In this document: positions 17,201 to 24,613 of the stretch, piece after piece
How the letters are laid out: each line of letters begins with the position of its first letter
Numbering within the stretch: the first letter of the stretch is position 1
From: Campylobacterota bacterium
GTDB lineage: Bacteria > Babelota > Babeliae > Babelales > RVW-14
Direction of reading: 5' to 3'
DNA: 64,000 nt
Assembly: GCA_020633995.1 (NCBI GenBank)
Contig: JACKCO010000003.1
Span: forward strand, 73,503 to 137,502
Translations under genes and position numbers: made by a program
Notes under the pieces: model-generated
What the model was told of the DNA's origin: nothing
Databases searched by the model: none
What the model saw: the letters and a program-made list of their open reading frames with translations, nothing else

Positions 17201-19703
17201 TACTACACCTGAGGGTAATAAAATTTACACGCCAACAAACAATCCACAAAATCCTGAGTGGCGTCCCGTCGTTCCACCTCTGCAACCTCCACAAACAGAT
17301 CCAAACGGCAACAAGTGGGCACTCAGCCAAGGTGACTCTCCTGACTCTCCAGGCAACAAAGAAATTTTCTTTCAATCGCAAGACAGTGATCAGTGGAATA
17401 AACTTAGTGGAAACTTAATTGATATTGCCATTCATCCAACAGGTGGACAAGTCTGGGGCGTTAACGCAAACAACGATATTTTTGCTCGAGAAGGCATAAG
17501 TTCTGCAGACCGCTCTGGTACAGGTTGGACAACAGTGTTTGGCAAACTTAAAGATATTTCAATCATCACATTCCAAAATGAACCACATTTTGGTGGTACT
17601 GATATCAACGATCGAATAATCTTCTCACAAACCGATAATGCACAAAATCCTGAATGGACACAACTTTCCCAAGCAGAACAAGAGGCACTCAACAATGCAG
17701 AACTAGAGAGAATCAGTAGCCTACTGCCACCGCCTGCTGAGTGGGTCATTGACGGACGCAATAATGCATGGGCACTCAGTATGCAAGCTGACGACAATGA
17801 TAACCGAGAAATCTTCTTCAAAGGCACTAATAACATGTGGACAGCCCTTGACGGACAAAAACTTGCAGCACTTGTTGCAGATACTACCAATGTTTGGGGG
17901 ATCGACAGCACAGCAAATATTTATACACGACAAGGTATAACTGATCAACTCCCACAAGGAACCAATTGGCTCGTTGTTCCTGGCCAACTAACCGAAATTC
18001 ATTTTGATCCAACCAACAACGAAATTTGGGGGATAACTCCTGATGGTGAAGAAGTTATTTCACAAACCAATAATCCACAAAATCCTGATTGGCGACCAAG
18101 TATCCCGCCGCTACAAAACGAGCAAACTGATCCAAACGGCAATACATGGGCTCTCAGCAAAAATGATGATCCTGACAATCCTGGCAACAAGGAAATCTTC
18201 TTTAAACCTCAAGGTGGCAACAAATGGATAAAGGTTAATGGAGGCTTAATAGGATTGGCAGTTCATCCAACAGATGGACAAGTATGGGGCGTTGACGCAA
18301 ACAATACTATTTTTGCACGTGCTGATATAGGACCTGCTCAAACGCAAGGAACCGAGTGGCTACCGGTTTCCGGTAAACTCAAGGACATTTCGATTATTAC
18401 ATTCCAAAACAACCCACACTTTGGCGGAAACAATCTCAATAATCAAATTATTTTCTCACAAACTGATGACGCAGACACCCCACAATGGACACTGCTTTCT
18501 CAAGCTGAGCAAAAGGCACACACACAAGCAGAACAAGAACGAATCAATAGCCTGCTACCATCACCAGCAGAATGGATCATTGACGGACGCAACAACACAT
18601 GGGCATTGAGTACGCAAGCTGACGACAATGGAAATCGTGAAGTATTTTTCAAAGGGCTGGACAATGTATGGCTCTCGATTCCAGAACAAAAACTTGCAGC
18701 ACTTATTGCAAATCCTGACAATGTCTGGGGTGTGGACGGTGCAGCAAATATTTATACACGACAAGGTATAACTGATCAGCTCCCTCAAGGCACCAACTGG
18801 CGTATCATTTCAGGACAGTTGACTGAAATTCACTTTGATCCAACCAATAATGAAATTTGGGGAATAACTCCTGAAGGAAGAAGAGTCGCCTCACAAACAA
18901 ATAATCCACAAGATCCTCAATGGAAAGTAGTGCCAACACCTGAAGAAGCCAGCGCACAAGAACTTAGTCAACTCACCAAAGAGCTCAACGAACTAAGAAA
19001 CAGAATTAACAATTTGGGCACAACGGTTAACACTGCCACAGACGGTGCTATAACCAATAAACTCCCAGCAGAACAAAATCAATTGCAAGATCAATTTAAT
19101 GCGCTCTACGACAAGCTAGACAGCCTCGCGCCAGCAGTTGAATCAAGCATCAAACCTATGCTGGAACAAATAATTAGTGATGAGCTTAATACTCAACTCT
19201 TGGACCCCGCACTACCACAAATAATAAACCAAACAACTATTGATACAATCAGAAAGAAAGCAATTGACAGTATCAGCCAACCACTCTCTGAGCAAATCAA
19301 TCAAGCAATAGACAGCGGAATAGATCAAGCACAGCAAGCCATCGCTCCATTTATCCCAGATGAATCAGTCATAGAAGAACCTGCAAGCACTCCCGAACCA
19401 GAATTAGAAACAGTAGAACGAGCGCGAGGTCGTCGTCCACGTCCTACACGTACTCGTAGACGCGCCGCTGCTGAACCAGAAACAGAGCGCGCCATTCGTC
19501 AAGTTGGAAGTGAAATGCTTCGAGAACGAGATAGACAACTACCTGAGATTGTAACGAGAGAACAAAAAGCGCTACAGCAAACAAGTTTCAGACAAGCACT
19601 CCCAGAAGCTGGGCCACGCCAAGATCAACAGGACACAAGCATCTTGCAACAAAAACAAGCAAAACCCACAACTCCAGTGCGCCGTACTCGTGGCCAACGA
19701 TAA
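8286..19703 (+). CDS. Giant exported multi-lectin-like protein (3805 aa): beta-trefoil/MIR-like, dozens of tectonin blades, FAMeT-N-like beta-sandwiches, C-terminal coiled coil, Arg-rich tail
   Basis: The RBS is GAGGGGGGGAG. The signal peptide is VFWSIAFLLFTLHGTTNA. Trefoil-like segments start at IKYGDRVRIHF, IQYGQDIRLVW and IKYGDKVVLGI (with IRLKSIPTNLFLHSHADRN). PAPAPAP / PEPQPAP linkers are present. Tectonin blades recur throughout, matching GxxWG(V/I)Nxxxx(I/V)(F/Y)xRxGITxxNPxG(T/S)xW. FAMeT-N-like modules lie at ~11340-12330 and ~15250-15690 (LHVNLGPDKNNTHGQMYEILVGANNN; IAIGLSPIDRTLPGNMYQLSIGGDNNTSTFI). The coiled coil spans ~18940-19400, and the basic tail starts at ~19420 (RARGRRPRPTRTRRR ... 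PVRRTRGQR). Confidence 0.9.
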   Translation: MKQSIGGTIVVKIQSTVFWSIAFLLFTLHGTTNAASIKYGDRVRIHFSSKTNTSGSGKVYLSGSSDSKAFASEATSTASDNWIIEGGTVGQAVTTGNIILKHESTGKYLAENQANQLNFGLPGFFFEVRLQSSTFNWFVYSDGGSNALDSTKRFLLSPGGNQSAYRLGISNSLYSSSDPKKYIITNYHHGYGANPFGTFPWLSTEAALPPAAPAPAPAPQPVPAPTSGTIYGNVWGIGPTNKVYFREGISNANPTGTSWSEVTGLLASNITVGPDGRVWALNTTAVEGGHQVYYREGITASNPKGTSWSRVDGGLALLATGLGGQLWGVNNSDNLFFRQGITSGNPKGTSWQHVNPYFKYIDAGSDTYNSVWATGSYPGVVYRHWGNTTTQPGTTWSPVESYEIKQIAVGPNGQPWGINASNEVVARTGITGQQKDVKGTGWQACATGAKFVGVTRSNQVWMVKNDNSIWVSETADMNNMAWQQIDGSLTKVSGGGMPAGYVPGPSYPSDEIQYGQDIRLVWSTYPTAEVAISASAEGKPFGSTTKTSNDIWTILPTSGQTGVVKHAHQFYLRHKNTGKFLCYNGSNATLDDGNPTLSIVIDSMQNGQHIDTSDQQNIPWLKNYDRIAIRTPSPIRDFFYFPGTKYTNQLGQQYNAAWTFIENAQKEQYFPFFKATPTTGLSTPPEPQPAPQPAPEPQPAPTPVNPTDNVWAVSESDGKVWFREGVTATKPEGTSWTEIPGLQARWINVSPRGEVWATTRTSSPVPYYRTGITPENPKGTSWTLVDGGNIMQIGAGLEGQLWCKTYLGELFYRTGITEQNPTGNGWTKITDGNVNAYRFAVGANGAVWATDSNQEAGTGFRPVYRTGVTTSSPGGTGWQTVTDGFNVSADLAVGPQGQLWTINTVFQASARLGITPSNPLGTSWSNYFTGMNSSLMSVSPNNNLWLINRSNQIFIAKDPTPGSPSFTGVGGAPSPLTVISAGGYPGTIQTQTLPPPDPDKYFLYDPASTPNKYDNKTYRDAWKLPEANRGIIQFRARGLNDLHVNLGPDKNNTHGQMYEILVGANNNAASYLKKQKVVPPFLSPVNASQFPQAVLEGGKPSGQGDIWNDFWIIVDQQFILVGKGTSPGIPEEIILWHQDPYPHTVNYFGLGGWDARVEFDNIRVAPLTNPPKITDLTKYTRAPNTQTIWEKADLKYHPNWKLPVQGSGSITFRAKAANNIIVSIAPGLSSFTQGDIPPDYDGATYFFNFGASNNTLSGLYKNNIDSAPIEFNNSANARINNANAFEDYWISVEPDGTLRAGKGSPGNAPLITHKDANFANNILQVGFGGKGATTVEFTNITFGQPLEIVPEISPQEQAQSIKYGDKVVLGIHSSVANLTKGKPNSLVVIATGSGEVNPWYKDQQVAYGWESATNLSEFTVLASHEEGDNARLGQAVRAGDTIRLKSIPTNLFLHSHADRNTWSSDTPPSIKLQEVTGYPNRDSNDNWELIVKDNSYSYWNKAAEVTLRHKATQKYLHVIDYRWWWGPGGTDAWALAYSVGAKDAPIQQYFITNEGRALFEQQQIREKLQPEGQWIIDRHGNTWGTTDTDHPQSAGNKELYFRKAGQENWEPIAGAITMLAAHPQKDQVWAINKDGSIFARLNVTSGNPQGNSWAGVPGNLTQIAINQDNHFAGTDSANKVYFSPTDDPGNPSWMLLLPPLQQSDTRPWELSIDDHPLFTGNKRVFFNTQNGWIEIEGAMKQLARRSNGHVWAIKNDNSIYFREGVNTQNPMGSSWKPVAGSLTSIGVNQQDTIIGTNQLGDNIFSLTNDPNNPQWRNVVPPLQEPYVVGPQGHTWALSVNDHTEFPGNKRIFHKLPDQWIEIDGALKKLAVGTNGQVWGINSTNTLFSRDGITAQNTAGSGWIVVPGNLKDILFDSQNNQFIGINEFDEDVISQTSDPNNPAWIPFLQTPDGRWTLSDVDHKNSLNNKYTFFKENNGLWNLVEGALSQISVSPNNEVWGIQANGNVFTRQEITPQNLKGSSWLQVPGQLSEIAVGNDGIVYGKTLANKGVFLANEDLANPLWLEVLPALQQSNTRPWELSQADHPLVPGEKRIFYNLGDKWVEVGGTLKQLVLRPNGDVWGINSEHEIYFRDGITQQNPLGTDWVVVPGKLADIRLDGNGTINGTTPEGQDVYSITNNPIDPAWRNLTPPLQSPVTGPDGHTWALSIADHPQSPGDKRIFFQEQDTSWSEVDGALKQISVGPGGQVWGTNINNQIFYRNGVTEQNPKGTDWIQTPGICTVCTINPDGFVTGITPDGDTIIFNGNFTNPNWVPADSLHNYDPDKQTPGSLTFKPEWGLPQPSRGNVLFKAKAQASIAIGLSPIDRTLPGNMYQLSIGGDNNTSTFITDGTSNRLQSTNNQEALIDNQNVFIPYWVTVYDDTIVVGRGVIPGENEFFRYQDQSPVQNLTNVGLGGLQNPVEFKDISIIAATKPTLLLPPLQTPITDPTTGSTWVLSEDDDPSNPGNKQIFFKHQDSDEWNKIEGSLTALAIHPTSGQIWGINANNDILARNGITAQNPAGTSWSTIQGKLKTIEIITFGTMPHFGGTNLNDQSIFSQTDAPNNPAWIELKQAQQQAAQEAEQKRINDLLPPATEWIPDTRGNNWALSTQQDSTGNREVFFQHAGQLWQALPDTPLKNLIVDNNGNLWAITGNSTVYTRDGITDQTPQGTTWTQIPGALEQINFEQDKNLVAGITPDQQGVYSQTGTPQNPAWIPYLNPVNNRWALSRDDHPAQPGNKRIFFKENNNLWTEIDGTLSQMSVGNNNQVWGVDNNSNVFTREGITPENLKGTNWKQVPGKLTTIDIDNDGIIFGTTPEGKEIYLANDDLQNPVWLEILPPLQQSDTRPWELSQADYPGYPGDKRVFYELPDGWTEVGKTPLKKLVVTPNAQVWGINNNGDTFYREGITTQNPTGTGWGTIPRKFVDIELDKNNNIVGTTPEGNKIYTPTNNPQNPEWRPVVPPLQPPQTDPNGNKWALSQGDSPDSPGNKEIFFQSQDSDQWNKLSGNLIDIAIHPTGGQVWGVNANNDIFAREGISSADRSGTGWTTVFGKLKDISIITFQNEPHFGGTDINDRIIFSQTDNAQNPEWTQLSQAEQEALNNAELERISSLLPPPAEWVIDGRNNAWALSMQADDNDNREIFFKGTNNMWTALDGQKLAALVADTTNVWGIDSTANIYTRQGITDQLPQGTNWLVVPGQLTEIHFDPTNNEIWGITPDGEEVISQTNNPQNPDWRPSIPPLQNEQTDPNGNTWALSKNDDPDNPGNKEIFFKPQGGNKWIKVNGGLIGLAVHPTDGQVWGVDANNTIFARADIGPAQTQGTEWLPVSGKLKDISIITFQNNPHFGGNNLNNQIIFSQTDDADTPQWTLLSQAEQKAHTQAEQERINSLLPSPAEWIIDGRNNTWALSTQADDNGNREVFFKGLDNVWLSIPEQKLAALIANPDNVWGVDGAANIYTRQGITDQLPQGTNWRIISGQLTEIHFDPTNNEIWGITPEGRRVASQTNNPQDPQWKVVPTPEEASAQELSQLTKELNELRNRINNLGTTVNTATDGAITNKLPAEQNQLQDQFNALYDKLDSLAPAVESSIKPMLEQIISDELNTQLLDPALPQIINQTTIDTIRKKAIDSISQPLSEQINQAIDSGIDQAQQAIAPFIPDESVIEEPASTPEPELETVERARGRRPRPTRTRRRAAAEPETERAIRQVGSEMLRERDRQLPEIVTREQKALQQTSFRQALPEAGPRQDQQDTSILQQKQAKPTTPVRRTRGQR
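17268..18930 (+). repeat. Two tandem ~831-bp (277-aa) intragenic modules; a third, more diverged copy lies at ~15700-16540
   Basis: Copy 1 (17268-18098) and copy 2 (18099-18930) both read PPLQxxQTDPNGNxWALSxxDxPDxPGNKEIFF ... HPTxGQVWGVxANNxIFAR ... ISIITFQNxPHFGG ... LSQAEQ ... LLPxPAEWxIDGRNNxWALS ... IYTRQGITDQLPQGTNW ... EIHFDPTNNEIWGITP. Long identical nucleotide runs are visible, for example acacgacaaggtataactgatca. Confidence 0.85.
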
Positions 19704-19796
19704 AAAAATTGTACTTTACAAGAACTGTTGATTTTTCTGTCTCCTTTATGTCTAAACTGCGACAAATGAAGCTTTGTTAAAAAAAGGAGACACAAG

Positions 19797-20948
19797 ATGA
19801 AACAATATCGACCAAGTATTATATTGCTTACAATATTACTATTTTGCCTAAGCAGTGCGAATGCAATGGTACCGGCTCCAGTGACAGCAACGCCACCAGT
19901 ACCACAACCAGTGATGCAACCTCCTATGCAAGCACCATCACCAATGAGCGCCCCCGCTAACACCCCTGCCCCTGCACCGGTTTTGCCAAAACCAGTAGCA
20001 CCATCACCGGTAATGGGGGTACCCGCCGCTAGCCCCATGGCACCCCAAGGCGCCGTACCTGCGGCTGTTTCCCAACCAGCTCCAATCAGGCCGGCCATGC
20101 CTGCCCCACTCGTTCAACCAGCCCCTTCAATAGCAGCACCGGTAGGTGCCACAGCTGGATCATTTACTTTTGACAAAAAGATTTTATATAGACCTGAATG
20201 GAAATTTGATTACGCACAAAACAAACGTTCGGTGACCTTTGAAGTCGATGCTTCAAAAGGTGGTGTACACGTCGCGCTCTCACCGCAAATGCAAAGCACA
20301 CAAGGTCAAATGTACCATCTCATCTTTGGTCTTCGCACTAAAAAAGGTCCGATATCTGTACTGGGCAAAGGACTTGGTAAAATTCCTGGGACTGAAGATC
20401 GCTACCCTATCCTTGCCAAGGCTCCCGGCATGGGCTCTGGCACCTATACCGTTACTTTTGATAACGGAAAAATCACTTTGGTACGAAATGGACAAACAAT
20501 CCCTTGGACGATAAAGCAAGGTGGACAAAATACACAGGTAACCGAATGGCGTGACCCAAGCCCCGTTCCAAACATTCAATACGTAGGATTTGGTAACTTT
20601 AGTAAATTTCCAGTTACCTACAAATCGGTCGAAATCGTGACAACACAGGCAGCTGCTCCGAGCGCTCTGGCAACACCCGCCGTAACACAACCACAACCAA
20701 TTACGCCAACCGTAACTCCGGTGGCCCCTGCTCCTGTTCGACCTGCAATACCAGCAGCACCATCTCCTATGGCACCTCGACCAGCAATACCAGCGCAACC
20801 TAGCCCAGTACCACTAACACCTTCTCGATCAGCGCTACCAACATTACCAGGGCGTCAGACTCGTCAGCGTATGCTCCCTCAACCACGCCCAACAACAACA
20901 CGCCCGGGAACAAGTGCCCGTCCAATGCTACCAAGGCTAACACGATAA
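19797..20948 (+). CDS. Exported proline-rich protein with one FAMeT-N-like beta-sandwich and short basic tail (383 aa)
   Basis: The RBS is AAAGGAGA. The signal peptide is IILLTILLFCLSSANA. Long PxPxP tracts flank a central module (YRPEWKFDYAQNKRSVTFEVDASKGGVHVALSPQMQSTQGQMYHLIFG ... IQYVGFGNF). The C-terminus is RQTRQRMLPQPRPTTTRPGTSARPMLPRLTR. Confidence 0.85.
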   Translation: MKQYRPSIILLTILLFCLSSANAMVPAPVTATPPVPQPVMQPPMQAPSPMSAPANTPAPAPVLPKPVAPSPVMGVPAASPMAPQGAVPAAVSQPAPIRPAMPAPLVQPAPSIAAPVGATAGSFTFDKKILYRPEWKFDYAQNKRSVTFEVDASKGGVHVALSPQMQSTQGQMYHLIFGLRTKKGPISVLGKGLGKIPGTEDRYPILAKAPGMGSGTYTVTFDNGKITLVRNGQTIPWTIKQGGQNTQVTEWRDPSPVPNIQYVGFGNFSKFPVTYKSVEIVTTQAAAPSALATPAVTQPQPITPTVTPVAPAPVRPAIPAAPSPMAPRPAIPAQPSPVPLTPSRSALPTLPGRQTRQRMLPQPRPTTTRPGTSARPMLPRLTR

Positions 20949-20953
20949 AATAT

Positions 20954-20986
20954 AAAAAAGCCCCTGGTTTTGCCAGGGGCTTTTTT
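20954..20986. terminator. Bidirectional rho-independent terminator between convergent genes
   Basis: The sequence is aaaaaa-gcccctgg-ttttg-ccaggggc-tttttt. An 8-bp GC-rich stem is flanked by an A-run upstream and a T-run downstream. It lies between the stop at 20948 (+) and the stop at 20985 (-). Confidence 0.8.
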
Positions 20987-21578
20987 ATCGCAATGCTTCT
21001 CGCATCTGCTTAAACTTTTTCTTTACAAACTTTCTAGCCGTTCGCCTCAGTAAACCAAATGGTTTTATCCTGTCTACAATTTGCTCGTGAAGCCTGTTCT
21101 CTTGCTCAGTAGACAAACGCAAATCGTCACGAGAATAAACACCACCTAAAAAAACAACTGACTGTTGCTTGCTCACTTCGCGTGGCTGAAAAAATGTTAC
21201 TTTAAGTCCAAAAGGATCTTTGATTGTAAAAGAAGACATTTCATCATCGTGCTCAAGCTCACGAATAACCTTGATGTCACGCTTACAGCAACGATCAAAA
21301 TATTTCCCAAGCCCAGTACGTATTTCAATGGTTATCGAAATACAACGCCCAGCACATCGTTTGATAAAACTAAACTCGGCAAGTTCTTCTACACTCGGGC
21401 TTTTGAATGTAACAAAGCACTTCCCTTTTTTTAGACGCGCTGACACAACATGTGCTTTTTCGTATTCCGATTGCTTAATGTCAATATCAACTACATCAAA
21501 TGCAAGTTTGTCTGTATAAAAACGTAGTGCCTGTTCAACACATTCAACAACGACAACCAGCTCGCCTGCTTTTTTCAT
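20985..21578 (-). CDS. Hypothetical protein, N-terminal glyoxalase/VOC-like fold (weak call)
   Basis: This 197-aa ORF starts with VVVVECVEQALRFYTDKLAFDVVD, which resembles the first beta-alpha-beta element of vicinal-oxygen-chelate family proteins. There are no other recognisable motifs. Confidence 0.4.
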   Translation of the reverse strand: MKKAGELVVVVECVEQALRFYTDKLAFDVVDIDIKQSEYEKAHVVSARLKKGKCFVTFKSPSVEELAEFSFIKRCAGRCISITIEIRTGLGKYFDRCCKRDIKVIRELEHDDEMSSFTIKDPFGLKVTFFQPREVSKQQSVVFLGGVYSRDDLRLSTEQENRLHEQIVDRIKPFGLLRRTARKFVKKKFKQMREALR

Positions 21579-21660
21579 GCAGAGCCCCTTTTATGTTTGT
21601 TCGCCCAATCACAAGATGCGCCCACACACATCTTACCCAAATTTCACGTATTAAAAAAAA

Positions 21661-21939
21661 TTATGCGCTCGCTTGACCTTCTAAGCGTGCAACCTTTTTT
21701 GCAAGTCTGCTAATTTTACGGCTTGCAGTATTGCCCTTCAAAAGACCCTTACCTTTTGCGCGCGCAATTTTTGACTCAGTTACTTTAAACAATTCACGCG
21801 CAAGTTCGGCATTGTTGTCCTCAACCGCTGCCAAAACTTTTTTGGTAAATGTTTTAAGATCAGATTTACGTGCAACATTAACTAAACGTTTCTTCTCAGT
21901 TTGACGCGCACGTTTTCTTGCTGACTTAATATTAGCCAT
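21661..21939 (-). CDS. rpsT: 30S ribosomal protein S20
   Basis: MANIKSARKRARQTEKKRLVNVARKSDLKT... has the characteristic S20 N-terminus, size (92 aa) and basic helical composition. Confidence 0.95.
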   Translation of the reverse strand: MANIKSARKRARQTEKKRLVNVARKSDLKTFTKKVLAAVEDNNAELARELFKVTESKIARAKGKGLLKGNTASRKISRLAKKVARLEGQASA

Positions 21940-21970
21940 GTATCAAATACCTCAGTAAACAAATCTATTG

Positions 21971-22168
21971 TTAAACAACTTTTTCGACTTTACCACCTTT
22001 TACACACTTGGTGCAAACGCCTCCACGTTGGACGCTTGATTGCCCTTTAAGCTTGAAACGCATTGTGTGAACATTTGGATATACCCAACGTTTCACTTTA
22101 TTATTTGCGTTACTGACCAAATTGGCAACGCGTGGTCTTTTGTCGCAAATTTTGCAAATATTTGCCAT
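21971..22168 (-). CDS. rpmB: 50S ribosomal protein L28
   Basis: MANICKICDKRPRVANLVSNANNKVKRWVYPNVHTMRF matches the L28 pattern (C-x-x-x-G/D-K-R-P ... N-x-x-K-R-x-x-x-P-N). The ORF caller extends 3 codons upstream to 22177, but the ATG at 22168 gives the canonical N-terminus. Confidence 0.9.
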   Translation of the reverse strand: MANICKICDKRPRVANLVSNANNKVKRWVYPNVHTMRFKLKGQSSVQRGGVCTKCVKGGKVEKVV

Positions 22169-22267
22169 TTGTAACATCCTTTAGCCATTAAGAGAATAAT
22201 TTTCAGCGTTTATCAAATTAGTCTAGCAGGAATTTATGTTTTTTAAAGATGCAATGCGTAAAAAGCT

Positions 22268-24208
22268 TTATACCGCACCACTTCCTTGACCTTGCACTTC
22301 ATCATCTGATGGCACATCAACATCATTACCCTGCTCCTCAGACGGCGACTGATCGTCATCATGAAACGAATGTGACTGACGCGGCTCAATGCCAAGCAGT
22401 TCATACACTTCAGCTGCATGTAGCGTTTCTTTTTCAAGCAACGCCTTAGCTAACGTCTCAAGCTTGTCTCGATTTTCTGTCAGTAATTTTTTACCACGCT
22501 CGTAACACATGGTAATAATCTTTTCTACTTCCTTATCGATACGTTGCATAGTGCTTTCAGAAAATTCACGCCCCGATTGGATGTCCCGACCAAGATATGG
22601 ATGCTCACTTGAAATATTATATTCAATTGGACCCAATGCAGACATACCATAACGAGATACCATGGTGCGTGCAATCTTTGTCGCCTTTTCAAGATCGTTT
22701 GAAACACCACTGGTTTGATCATTAAAAATCATTTGCTCGGCAAGCAACCCGCCAAGGCAAACAACAATGCGTGCCTCCATTTCACTCTGCGTTTGTGAAT
22801 ATTTATCACGCTCAGGCAATGACCATGAAACACCAAGCGCTCGTCCACGAGGAACAATCGTCACCTTATGCAGCGGATCAGTTTTTTGCTGCAACAGGGT
22901 CAACATTGTATGCCCTGCTTCATGGTATGCAGTCATCTCTTTGTCTTCTTGAGTAAACTTGATTGTTCTACGCTCTGCACCAAGCATGATTTTGTCACGC
23001 GCAACTTCAAAATGTCTCATCTGAACGGTCGTTTCATGTTCTTTTGATGCAAGCAATGCCGCTTCATTAATTAAGTTTTCAAGGTCAGCACCAGAAAACC
23101 CTGCAGTACCTCGTGCAATTTTTTCAAGATCAACCTGATCATGCAGCTTCACCTTACGTGCATGCACATTTAAAATTTGCGTACGACAAATCAAATCTGG
23201 AAATGGCACTTCAATGGTTCGGTCAAAACGTCCCGGACGAAGCAATGCTTTGTCCAACACATCTGGACGGTTGGTTGCTGCAAGGACAATGACTGAACCA
23301 GCCTCTGTGGTAAAGCCATCCATTTCTGCAAGCAGCTGGTTAAGTGTTTGCTCGCGCTCGTCGTTGCCGCCACCCATGCCAATACCACGCTGACGACCGA
23401 CAGCATCAATTTCGTCAATAAAAACAATGCAGGGTGAATTTTGTCGTGCTTGTTTAAACAAGTCGCGCACGCGTGATGCACCAACACCAACAAACACTTC
23501 CACAAAATCCGAGCCACTGATACTAAAAAACGGACAGTGTGCTTCACCCGCAACCGCTTTTGCTAGCAATGTTTTACCATTACCAGGCGCACCAGTTAGC
23601 AAAATACCACGCGGTATTTTTGCCCCAATTCGCGTAAATCGCTCTGGACTTTTAAGAAAGTCGATAATATCGAGCAAGTCTTCTTTAACCTCCTCAACAC
23701 CTGCAACATCTTTAAACGTTACATTAATTGAGTTGGGTGAAAAGAAGCGCGCTTTGCTGCGGCCAACATTAAAGATTTTGCCGCCGCCACCAGCGCCACC
23801 TTGTGAATGCCTGAAGTATAAGAAAAAGAGCAATACAAACAGCATAAAAATGGAAAACAAGAAATAGTGCCCGTATGACTGTTTTTCCAGTGGCACGACC
23901 TCAATATTAACACCACGGTCCTCAAGCAAGTTCCAAAACTTTTGTGTTGGGGCAACATAGGCCTCAAACATCTTGTCGTCTTTGAACTTACCCTGTACGT
24001 GCTGGTCTTGAATGACCACCATCTTAACATCGCCATCTTTAACGTGCTGCATTAGCGTTGTATAATTGATATGGCTAACTTCACGATTTATGCTGTTGTA
24101 CCAAAAAAGATACGCCAACCCCAAACATACCATCGCCAAAAGCAACCAGACTGCATTCGGCCCGCGGCCACCAAAGCCACCGCCTCTGCGCATATTGCGA
24201 TTCATCAT
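22268..24208 (-). CDS. ftsH: ATP-dependent zinc metalloprotease FtsH
   Basis: There are two N-terminal TM segments. The AAA module has Walker [19 protein letters not shown], Walker [10 protein letters not shown] and the SRH region [19 protein letters not shown]. The zinc motif HEAGH is present. Confidence 0.97.
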   Translation of the reverse strand: MMNRNMRRGGGFGGRGPNAVWLLLAMVCLGLAYLFWYNSINREVSHINYTTLMQHVKDGDVKMVVIQDQHVQGKFKDDKMFEAYVAPTQKFWNLLEDRGVNIEVVPLEKQSYGHYFLFSIFMLFVLLFFLYFRHSQGGAGGGGKIFNVGRSKARFFSPNSINVTFKDVAGVEEVKEDLLDIIDFLKSPERFTRIGAKIPRGILLTGAPGNGKTLLAKAVAGEAHCPFFSISGSDFVEVFVGVGASRVRDLFKQARQNSPCIVFIDEIDAVGRQRGIGMGGGNDEREQTLNQLLAEMDGFTTEAGSVIVLAATNRPDVLDKALLRPGRFDRTIEVPFPDLICRTQILNVHARKVKLHDQVDLEKIARGTAGFSGADLENLINEAALLASKEHETTVQMRHFEVARDKIMLGAERRTIKFTQEDKEMTAYHEAGHTMLTLLQQKTDPLHKVTIVPRGRALGVSWSLPERDKYSQTQSEMEARIVVCLGGLLAEQMIFNDQTSGVSNDLEKATKIARTMVSRYGMSALGPIEYNISSEHPYLGRDIQSGREFSESTMQRIDKEVEKIITMCYERGKKLLTENRDKLETLAKALLEKETLHAAEVYELLGIEPRQSHSFHDDDQSPSEEQGNDVDVPSDDEVQGQGSGAV

Positions 24209-24491
24209 AATCTGTACCTATCTCATAATTTTTTAATAAACAATCTTGCTTAGCAAATAAACGATCCTATTATTCTAATAAAAATCAGCCTCTCTGACTA
24301 GTTTGGGCCCTGTATTTATTAAAACTCTAACCTTTTATGAGGTGACTTTTCAAAGGAATAGAAAAAGAGGCGCTTTTGCTTACAAATGTTAATATTTCCT
24401 GAGCTAGCAAGAACCTGCCCTCATAGACCACTAAAACGAACCTACAGGAAGATACTGGTATCTACTCTCGAATACTTAATAAATTGACCAT

Positions 24492-24520
24492 TTGACAATA
24501 CCTACTACGCGTGTTACCAT
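24492..24520 (+). promoter_or_regulatory. Sigma70-like promoter (TTGACA-17-TACCAT) upstream of the F-box/ankyrin gene
   Basis: TTGACA lies at 24492-24497, followed by a 17-nt spacer and TACCAT at 24515-24520. The same architecture and flanking sequence are conserved upstream of the 26415 gene. Confidence 0.45.
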
Positions 24521-24613
24521 ACCTAAAGTAATATAAAAAACGCGCCCTACAGACGCCAAAACACCTAAGAACTCCCGCTCAGGGCACGAGTCACAATAAC
24601 TATGGAGGTTATT

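Noticed and set aside
19625-20098. 157-aa antisense ORF over the Pro-rich start of the 19797 gene, and a 168-aa antisense ORF at 56818-57324 over the P/Y-rich tract
   Set aside because: These are mirror-image G/A/T- or V/Q/L-rich low-complexity translations of Pro-rich coding sequence, with no independent support.
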